From a virus, in IMG/VR virus record IMGVR_UViG_3300039183_000005, positions 96,001 through 160,000 of that record: DNA of 64,000 nt; one strand, given 5' to 3'. A model generated the notes under the pieces. The model was not told the DNA's origin. It did no database searches and saw only the letters and a program-made list of their open reading frames with translations. Both the position numbers and the translations under genes were made by a program. The first letter of the stretch is position 1, and every line of letters starts with the position of its first letter. Positions 56,973-64,000 of the stretch are shown in pieces.

Positions 56973-57344
56973 CTACCACATACTTCGGAAAATTTCGTCT
57001 CGCTTCTTTCTAAGGTTGTCCTCTATTTGAGACGACGTGAGTTCTGTTGGAACAGTTGTGATGTTAGTATTAAGTAAATCTATTAGTGCTTGTGTTGGTG
57101 TGCCATGTTCATCGCAATATCTAATTGCTTCGTCTGGTGATATCGATAACCACATTTTGCTTGTGATTTTGTGTGTTATTTCTTCTACTGACCAATCCCT
57201 AGATTTGTCTACAATTGATCCGTTTTTCATCAAGAAAATTGTTCTAGATTTACTCAGTGTGATTACCAATCTAGTCAAACCAGAAAATTCTTCTGGATGC
57301 CTACAAATAATAGGATATGTTAAATCTTCGTTTGACAAAGACAT
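56973..57344 (-). CDS. Hypothetical protein with C-terminal E..L.KKRDE motif
   Basis: C-terminus shared with 61296..61628 and 62074..62346. Confidence 0.55.
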   Translation of the reverse strand: MSLSNEDLTYPIICRHPEEFSGLTRLVITLSKSRTIFLMKNGSIVDKSRDWSVEEITHKITSKMWLSISPDEAIRYCDEHGTPTQALIDLLNTNITTVPTELTSSQIEDNLRKKRDEIFRSMW

Positions 57345-57381
57345 TTTGTGTTGCTCCGTTTTTAATGTACGAATTTATCTA

Positions 57382-57726
57382 TTATTGATTATGAATATCA
57401 GGTTGACACCACAAGGAATGATAGGCATGACGGAAAAATTCCATAGCAATGTGGATGTCTTGTTCTTGGTCGCATCCATGGAATTCTAATGTGATCCAGT
57501 GTTTATTATTCATTGATGGATATAAATGCGCCTCGAATTCTATTCCATCTTTTAAGTGTTGTTCGAATTTTTCGTAGAAGAAAGCAGTTATGAAGTAAAG
57601 CGTTTGTCCAGCGTTATTTTTTATTCTTATTTGCCAAAGAGAAGTTGCATTTTCATGTGGTGGAATTGGTCTACTGTCTGAATATTCACGAAATCCATGT
57701 TGTTCTAGCGATTTTTCCAGGTTCAT
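57382..57726 (-). CDS. Hypothetical protein
   Basis: Coupled ORF. Confidence 0.55.
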   Translation of the reverse strand: MNLEKSLEQHGFREYSDSRPIPPHENATSLWQIRIKNNAGQTLYFITAFFYEKFEQHLKDGIEFEAHLYPSMNNKHWITLEFHGCDQEQDIHIAMEFFRHAYHSLWCQPDIHNQ

Positions 57727-58115
57727 TTTGTCCTCGCTTCTACTGTCGGATAAACATCACCCACTGTTTCGTCCAATTCATCTTGACAAGCAATGACAAT
57801 ATCACAAAATTCTATTAGTTCTGGGAATCTGCGACGGATTTTGGTAATGGCTGGGTTTTCTCCAGACGATTTTGGCTGCGATACTGCTTCTGTCAACCAA
57901 AAGCTTAAATCGTATTCGTGCTTATCGTCACCATCAAAGTAAAAAGCCCATATACCATTACCACTCAGAAACCTTATTTTTCTGCGCAATCGTGACTGAG
58001 CTTTGTTCAACAAATCTACCAGATGCGGATAAACCATCTGGTCCATCCACATACTTTTGACTTTACTAAGTTGTTCGGCAAAATTTTCTATGTTCTGAAC
58101 GTAGTTGGATTTCAT
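57723..58115 (-). CDS. Hypothetical protein
   Basis: Coupled ORF. Confidence 0.55.
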   Translation of the reverse strand: MKSNYVQNIENFAEQLSKVKSMWMDQMVYPHLVDLLNKAQSRLRRKIRFLSGNGIWAFYFDGDDKHEYDLSFWLTEAVSQPKSSGENPAITKIRRRFPELIEFCDIVIACQDELDETVGDVYPTVEARTK

Positions 58116-58636
58116 GTCATTGCTCTCATAACCCGTTTATGGCCTCGCCGCGCATTATTATTACGATTTCGAGCACGCTTTAATTTCCGATACTCCCCTT
58201 TTCTCTGAGCGATTGCATCTGGATCGCGAGCTGCCATTCTTATTGCCGATGAAGAAATTAGACTGAATTTGCTTCCATCGATTCTTTTGGGCCTACGACT
58301 TGATGTTGCTCTCGATGATTTTCTGCGAACTAATGTACCGCGTTTTTTGATCAGTTGTCCGTCTAATCCAAATACCATTTGGACTTCAGTTCTGTTTCTA
58401 CGCCGCACACTGAAGCCAAGTCGACCATCTCCACACTTCTGCTTTAGCCATGTTGGGCCACCGAATTTTTTACCGCCCTTAACAGGAACACAAAACTCGG
58501 ATTGAGCTATTCCATGTTCGGCAGCCCATTCCTTGTCTTTGTTTTGTAGACGATTATATCCATACCCATTTACGCCTATCTTGTTGTTTGGTTTTTTATC
58601 TCCACGACAACATCGACATGGTTGTTGTTTATCCAC
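58112..58636 (-). CDS. Arg/Lys-rich basic hypothetical protein
   Basis: Coupled ORF; very basic. Confidence 0.5.
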   Translation of the reverse strand: MDKQQPCRCCRGDKKPNNKIGVNGYGYNRLQNKDKEWAAEHGIAQSEFCVPVKGGKKFGGPTWLKQKCGDGRLGFSVRRRNRTEVQMVFGLDGQLIKKRGTLVRRKSSRATSSRRPKRIDGSKFSLISSSAIRMAARDPDAIAQRKGEYRKLKRARNRNNNARRGHKRVMRAMT

Positions 58637-58640
58637 TTGA

Positions 58641-58826
58641 TTACTCCAATCTGATACCTATAATTTTCGGAAATTCACTATCCATCTCTTCTTTGATTCT
58701 TGTTCGTAGTGCTCGAATTGCATCTTCGAGGTAGGTGTAGGATTCATAGTCGAAAGAATCAACTCCGATTTTTTCACCTGCGGAGTTAAAAACATCCCAT
58801 ACGCCCATTACCACATATTCATACAT
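58641..58826 (-). CDS. Hypothetical protein
   Basis: Packed ORF. Confidence 0.45.
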   Translation of the reverse strand: MYEYVVMGVWDVFNSAGEKIGVDSFDYESYTYLEDAIRALRTRIKEEMDSEFPKIIGIRLE

Positions 58827-58838
58827 GACGTACGCCTT

Positions 58839-59240
58839 TCATTGCGATGGTTTGGTTTTGTAATTAACATCTTCCGGTATTTTATAGAACAGATCAACCC
58901 ACTTGTGGTAAGTATTCAAATATACACCGAAAGTGTCACCGATAGCCATAACTCTTTGTCCTCTTAGCCAAACCAGGAAGGTTTTGAAATCATCCTTGTG
59001 ATATTTTTCAATTAATGCTATCGGTATTATTTTCACGCCGTTAATGGTGACACAGGCGCCATCTGGAACGAAAGATATTGGACTCACGACAAAACTCCTG
59101 TAAGTTAACAAGACACAAAAGGGATAGGGGGGCACGCCCATTTCGTTATACCATTTATTCACAAACTTCATAATCGTCAAGATATGCAACATTTGTAATG
59201 GTTTGATTTGTACGGTTGGCATAATCCGCCAACCATCCAT
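58839..59240 (-). CDS. Hypothetical protein (start uncertain)
   Basis: F..WL.GQ...GVY...WV. Confidence 0.45.
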   Translation of the reverse strand: MDGWRIMPTVQIKPLQMLHILTIMKFVNKWYNEMGVPPYPFCVLLTYRSFVVSPISFVPDGACVTINGVKIIPIALIEKYHKDDFKTFLVWLRGQRVMAIGDTFGVYLNTYHKWVDLFYKIPEDVNYKTKPSQ

Positions 59241-59349
59241 CGTCTGTTTCTGAATGAATTATGAATGATGGCCAGGATTGTTCATCTTTTCCAATCCTTC
59301 TAACTCTTACCGGCAGTCCAAACTGTTTCACAATTTCCGCGATGGTCAT
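59155..59349 (-). CDS. Hypothetical protein
   Basis: ORF after an intergenic gap. Confidence 0.45.
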   Translation of the reverse strand: MTIAEIVKQFGLPVRVRRIGKDEQSWPSFIIHSETDDGWLADYANRTNQTITNVAYLDDYEVCE

Positions 59350-59589
59350 TTTATTTTTCTTTTGTTGTAGAAGTCATCCGAAAGTCTTTGACCAAGCGAT
59401 ATTTCTGAGGAAGTGACCCCATCCTAAATGAGCTTTATAGCCCCCACCATTGGCCACTGATGGGGGTTGATAAAACACATTTTTAGTATAGTTTTTAATT
59501 TTTATATTATATCTAGTTCAAGTCACGCCGTTAATTCTGTTTACCGATCAACTTTTACTGCCGTTTAACCCTCTACGACAAAGGTGGGA

Positions 59590-60177
59590 TCAAACAGAAC
59601 TTACAGCGGATGGTATCCATTCCATCGTCTCCACTTGAACAGCATCCACTGCCATTTGTTCAAGTGACTCTCCAAGCTTTTTGGCTTCCCACAGACATCT
59701 CGCAATCCATCTTTTACACAAATGGATGTTGAAAAGTCTTATTTCTATGTGTAAACGATCACCATCCTTGTTGACCGGTCGAATAAATCGGTAACGACCA
59801 TTAGAAAAGGATAAGTCTCTAGTACAATGAAGTCTTTCACGTCGTTTTGCCGACTTAAATCCCCCCTGTAGATGAGTGTACCATTCTTCCAAATATTCCA
59901 CCAAAGAACTGCTCCACTCAGGAAAGTTTCCAGACATATGGACATGAAATCCACAAGACTGATTGCATCGTGCTCCAAATCTTTGGAGTATTGTTACGGA
60001 ATCAAATACTTGTCCTCTATTATCCCAATCGAAAATTGGGCTGACAAATTCTCGCCCGCGTGGTTTAATGCTGTAATCTGGTATGTTTCTCCATCGTGGA
60101 ATACATACTTCTTTCAAATTTTCGTATGTACATTTTCCACGAGTTACTTCTATCTCAACTCCAAAAAGCAGAGACAT
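59590..60177 (-). CDS. Putative amidoligase (COOH-NH2 ligase family)
   Basis: FGVEIE, D.SI, EFVSP, CGFHVH, IEIRL; GAGGA SD before ATG 60177. Confidence 0.75.
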   Translation of the reverse strand: MSLLFGVEIEVTRGKCTYENLKEVCIPRWRNIPDYSIKPRGREFVSPIFDWDNRGQVFDSVTILQRFGARCNQSCGFHVHMSGNFPEWSSSLVEYLEEWYTHLQGGFKSAKRRERLHCTRDLSFSNGRYRFIRPVNKDGDRLHIEIRLFNIHLCKRWIARCLWEAKKLGESLEQMAVDAVQVETMEWIPSAVSSV

Positions 60178-60294
60178 TTTAATATCCTCTAAGATCACCA
60201 AAAACAGCCTTCTTGCCCACCCAAACAATCCGCCCACTATATTCTTCGTCCTGTCTTGTAAAGACGATTCCGCATTTTCGCAAGGCTCCGTAGG

Positions 60295-60591
60295 TTAGGT
60301 TACCATTGCGTCTTTTGGCCACTCAAATGTGGTATCTTTCCACCTAAGGGCGAGCCATATCATTGGTCCAGAATCCCATATTTCTTCCTGAATGAATTCG
60401 TCGATTGTGGTACCATCTCGTAGGGTATACCGATACAACTCTAATTCATCGAACATACCATATGTGCCGATGATTTTTCGTTCGTAATCACCATACCTCC
60501 CGCATTGTGGGCATTCATTAACTTTAACGGCATTGGTCGTCAAAAATTCTTCGGCACACTTTGGTAGACCTTGCGGTTGTGAACATCTCAT
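60295..60591 (-). CDS. Hypothetical protein
   Basis: CPQCG; WDSGPM.WL.L. Confidence 0.55.
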   Translation of the reverse strand: MRCSQPQGLPKCAEEFLTTNAVKVNECPQCGRYGDYERKIIGTYGMFDELELYRYTLRDGTTIDEFIQEEIWDSGPMIWLALRWKDTTFEWPKDAMVT

Positions 60592-60971
60592 CCCCCTTTT
60601 CTCCTGTACTCACGACGATTATCGGCACGTGCTCTAGCAGCAACCTGTTTACGCTTTGCTACGTCCCATGGGGAAGGTGGGCCTCCATCGGAATATCTAT
60701 CCGATACCAGTAAGAAGTCGTGTATAGGAAATTCTGACACTTTTGGGATGAATTCGAGAAATGGATCAATCCATTCTAATCCACCTGATATATGTTTCAT
60801 CGCCACCAATTCGGCTATCGTACCAAAGTAGTCAACTTTACGAGGTGAGGTTACTATGCCGACCTTTGCAGAATGACCGAAACATCGCTTTAGGAATACC
60901 AGTTGTCTAGCTATGTGGCTAGTCTCGACTGCTTTTACTATTTCTGAAAATAGCATATGATTTGTTCTCAT
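60588..60971 (-). CDS. Hypothetical protein
   Basis: Coupled ORF. Confidence 0.45.
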   Translation of the reverse strand: MRTNHMLFSEIVKAVETSHIARQLVFLKRCFGHSAKVGIVTSPRKVDYFGTIAELVAMKHISGGLEWIDPFLEFIPKVSEFPIHDFLLVSDRYSDGGPPSPWDVAKRKQVAARARADNRREYRRKGG

Positions 60972-61295
60972 TTAGATACTGCCTTAAGGACTACTCTTCC
61001 GGTTCGGCGCCATCAAAATACTCTTCGACCAGCTTCGCGTCTACCTTGTTCATCGTCTACCTCGCTTTCTTGCCTCGGGGGCGGGTTAGGAAATAGATCG
61101 CCAGACCAGAAAGATTTCAAATACTGAAAGTTCGGCTTTGTCTCTCAGGAGTTGGCGGATTCCCTCAAGAGTGATGTTTGTCAGATCGGCCCTGCTCAGA
61201 GCTTGCCTAACAACGGTCAGTTTTTCCGAAGTATTCATCGGTTATTTTCCCAATTAAAGAAATCGCTGACACTTCTACACACCATGTGGCACGCA

Positions 61296-61628
61296 TCAAA
61301 ATCCGAGTGCCTTTTTCAGCATTTCATCCCTTTTCTTTTTAAAATTAGCTTCAAATTGATCTGGGGTCAGTTGTTGCACCACCCCTTTGTTGTCTGGCTT
61401 AGTTCGTTGGTCCGAGACGAGTTGAAGACTTTTATGATAGAAGCTAATCTCTTCATCTTCCAGACAAATTCCCGGCGTGAAATTCATTAGAACTTTAATC
61501 CACGGGTCTTCAGGATCGCCGAATATACCAACAACTATTCCAGTTGATCCACTTAAGATCGGACCTTTGCCCGTTTTGACATCCATAATGGTTATGACAC
61601 CGTCGCCTTTCTTGAAGACAGTAGACAT
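61296..61628 (-). CDS. SH3/KOW-like protein with C-terminal KKRDE motif
   Basis: FKKGD.V...G.TG.V; GGAGG SD before ATG 61628. Confidence 0.55.
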   Translation of the reverse strand: MSTVFKKGDGVITIMDVKTGKGPILSGSTGIVVGIFGDPEDPWIKVLMNFTPGICLEDEEISFYHKSLQLVSDQRTKPDNKGVVQQLTPDQFEANFKKKRDEMLKKALGF

Positions 61629-62073
61629 TCTGTATTCCTCCAACGACAAGACGTTAGCTATCGCCACTACACGACGATAGTCTACGGGATTAAAGAAACC
61701 AGATACAAATTTTGTACCTAGCGCCATTTTCACCCACTTTGAACCACCCATCGCCACTAGGGTTTATGATTGCGTAGATTCGTATATACAAAGTGACATT
61801 TGCCAAACTGTATTAGAGCTGACCATGGCTTTGCAGTGCTTCGCAACGCGGTTTTTGACCCCGTAAGACCTGTTTTTGAGATATTCACTCCTTATACAAA
61901 ACATACCCCCATAGTACCCTTGCTGCGCGCCATCGTATGCGGTCAGGATTTTGTAGGGAATTTTGTACCTGGGACACAGACACACCGAGACTACTACAAA
62001 AATCCCCCGAATACTTTTAAAAATCCCCGGATAGTTTTCAGAGAGCATGGTGTAGTTTTGTTGGGGTGATAAC

Positions 62074-62346
62074 TTATGAAAAAATCCGCTTCAATAGGTC
62101 GTCCCTGGCTTCTGATACACGCTTTTCGATATTAACTATCGTGGTTACTGGCTGCGTGTTTGCCTGAATAGGCTCAAGCCTGTCATAGGCGAGCCAGAGA
62201 CATCTTTTGTGGGTCTCTGTTTCTAGTGATACTTCGCACAAATCGTGGTCTATTTGGACTATTGGACCTTCCATGCCAAGAATGTCTGGGGTTATTCCGT
62301 ATACATCCCTAACAACAACTCTGTCACCAACTTGGAATTTTGACAT
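62074..62346 (-). CDS. SH3/KOW-like protein with C-terminal RDD motif
   Basis: FQVGDRVVV...G..G.I; AGGAG SD before ATG 62346. Confidence 0.6.
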   Translation of the reverse strand: MSKFQVGDRVVVRDVYGITPDILGMEGPIVQIDHDLCEVSLETETHKRCLWLAYDRLEPIQANTQPVTTIVNIEKRVSEARDDLLKRIFS

Positions 62347-62514
62347 TGGATTACTCCTACAAGAAATCAAATGGACGATACGGCATCTAATCCGTAAGCA
62401 ATCGATATTGTCTTATGACAATCCCCAGGGAACCAATTGCTCTAGCCTCAATTAATAGACTAATCATCCTAATGCGACGCGCCACAACATGAAGCAGCGC
62501 GCCACGAAAAAGAA

Positions 62515-62913
62515 TTACTTAATGATTGCTTTACGATGTATAGACCTATGGCATGATTGACATAACCACCGAACGTCAAACCAGTGTTTTTCTTCGTAAC
62601 CCAAATAATGGTGTGATTCTGTTTTGGCTGATAGTCCACATTTACTACATACGCTCGGGCGAACAAGATGGCCGCTTTTAATTGCCTGATTCACCCTGTT
62701 TCTAGCTATGTTTTTGTAGTAATTTTTCTGCTTGCTGGATATTTTGTATCGTTTCTGAGATGTTTTTCCAGCTTCGGACTGACGCCATTTCTTGCGACGT
62801 TCCCTGTTTTTTCGGTCATATTTGAGGTATGCTTCTCTGCGACATTCTGGGCATCTCATTATCCCTGATTGTTTGGTATACTTCAAATTATGTTTGTCGC
62901 AAATCTTAGGCAT
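62515..62913 (-). CDS. HNH-like zinc-binding protein
   Basis: C..H...CPEC, AR..V..AIK.G.L.RP..CSKCG...HH..Y...V.WLCQSCH. Confidence 0.7.
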   Translation of the reverse strand: MPKICDKHNLKYTKQSGIMRCPECRREAYLKYDRKNRERRKKWRQSEAGKTSQKRYKISSKQKNYYKNIARNRVNQAIKSGHLVRPSVCSKCGLSAKTESHHYLGYEEKHWFDVRWLCQSCHRSIHRKAIIK

Positions 62914-62919
62914 CGCAAA

Positions 62920-64000
62920 TCTCCCACAAAAAAGAGTGGAAAGGATTCCCCGCCAAATCCCATCCTACTGATATACCCATATGGCTATACACCAGTACCC
63001 ACACATTTATGGCAAGCAAACCCACCAGACTTGCCACATTGAAATCAGGGATGCCGTACTAAATGGTCTCACACCCCGATAACAACATTCCCGACCCGTA
63101 GGTCCAACCAATCTACTTTTATGGACAACGCCCTACCTTTGCTGTCTTGCCAGCTATGCTACAAAAAATCGTTTACACGAAAATTTGATCTCGGCATGGA
63201 ATAGGACGGTTTCATTGTGTCCTTCATTAACGACAGTGTATTTCGCAGCGCGCAACCAGACCGGGCAATCGGTTTACTCTGGTTTTGCTAACTGGCTGTC
63301 GTGTCGTGCCGTTCAGCGTACCATCAGACACGTGGGCGCAACTCCAAACGTCCGACGAATCCAAACAAGTATGAAACTCTTACGCTATCCGATCGACCGA
63401 CCCCGCGCGCCATCGGCATAGTTCACAAGACCATTTTCGATAGAAATTACAGCGCAGAAAGTTTATCAGACTTGCTACGAGGATTGCCTATCACACGACA
63501 AAATCAAAGCCCATACTCCACGCTAGACGATATTCCCATAACATACGTGAATAGTTAATGCACAATTCACAAAATACGTTTTCGCTGTTTATTGCCGAAA
63601 TAAACCCTTGCTTGACGTATGGAGAAATCGCGCATACGATATGTTACTTATTCCGTCCGCGCCTAGACGGTATAGACTGAGCCCGCATTTCGGACTCTGC
63701 GTTTTGCCGCCGCTAGAACTGGCTTTCGACCCGATAATCGTTGTTCCGGTTTAGACCCGACTACGCACGTCTTGCGCTATCGACAGACCCTACTACGGCA
63801 ATTATCGGACTACTAACCAACTCCGTCCGGGAATACCCGACACTTATCGGACTCCCCGCCGTATTGGTTATGGGAACCGCTGACACATTTAGTGTGCCTA
63901 TATCAGACAGACTTTACTCTGTCAGCGCGGATGTTATCCGCCAAGCGATTCAATCCAGACTTTATATCTGAATGCCCATCGGTCCACACTCTGGACGCGC
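62920..64000. other. ORF-poor, GC-richer, hairpin-dense region; candidate large structured ncRNA or regulatory region
   Basis: No convincing minus-strand ORF for >1 kb; several nested inverted repeats. Confidence 0.4.

Noticed and set aside
1-64000. Plus-strand ORFs in the track (e.g. 21388..21876, 46868..47353, 54027..54719)
   Set aside because: They lie antisense to well-supported minus-strand genes and carry no motifs; treated as shadow ORFs

Overview
A 64-kb segment of a large, AT-rich dsDNA bacteriophage genome. Essentially all credible genes are on the minus strand, and no virion structural genes are recognisable. 1-30 kb is a replication and nucleotide-metabolism block: a sugar-nucleotide cassette, a C-terminally truncated (split) DnaE with an internal insertion, primase, DnaB, RecA, RNase H, class II RNR, ThyX, dCMP deaminase, a DUF5664 dATP/dGTP diphosphohydrolase, a sigma factor, ClpP, a Xer recombinase, an orphan BrxL-like ATPase and HNH endonucleases. 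30-62 kb is an accessory region of mostly small ORFs. Its most striking content is an apparently complete phage-encoded ubiquitin-like conjugation system at 44.6-48.3 kb: a Ubl with a C-terminal tail after its KIEG glycine, an E2-like protein with a long Cys-rich tail, a JAB peptidase and a ThiF/E1. This is accompanied by a dispersed Ycf46-type AAA+ ATPase / DUF3150-like / DUF1257 / DUF2997 module and a small histone-fold-like protein. Also seen: tRNA-Ile(UAU), a four-copy promoter motif (AACAAA-N14-GTATAAT), three accessory genes each broken by a single in-frame stop, a C-terminal motif shared by three small proteins, and a ~1.1-kb ORF-poor, hairpin-rich terminal region that may be a large ncRNA. 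Several clues point to a Planctomycetota host (inference). All family assignments come from motif recognition by eye; no searches were run.
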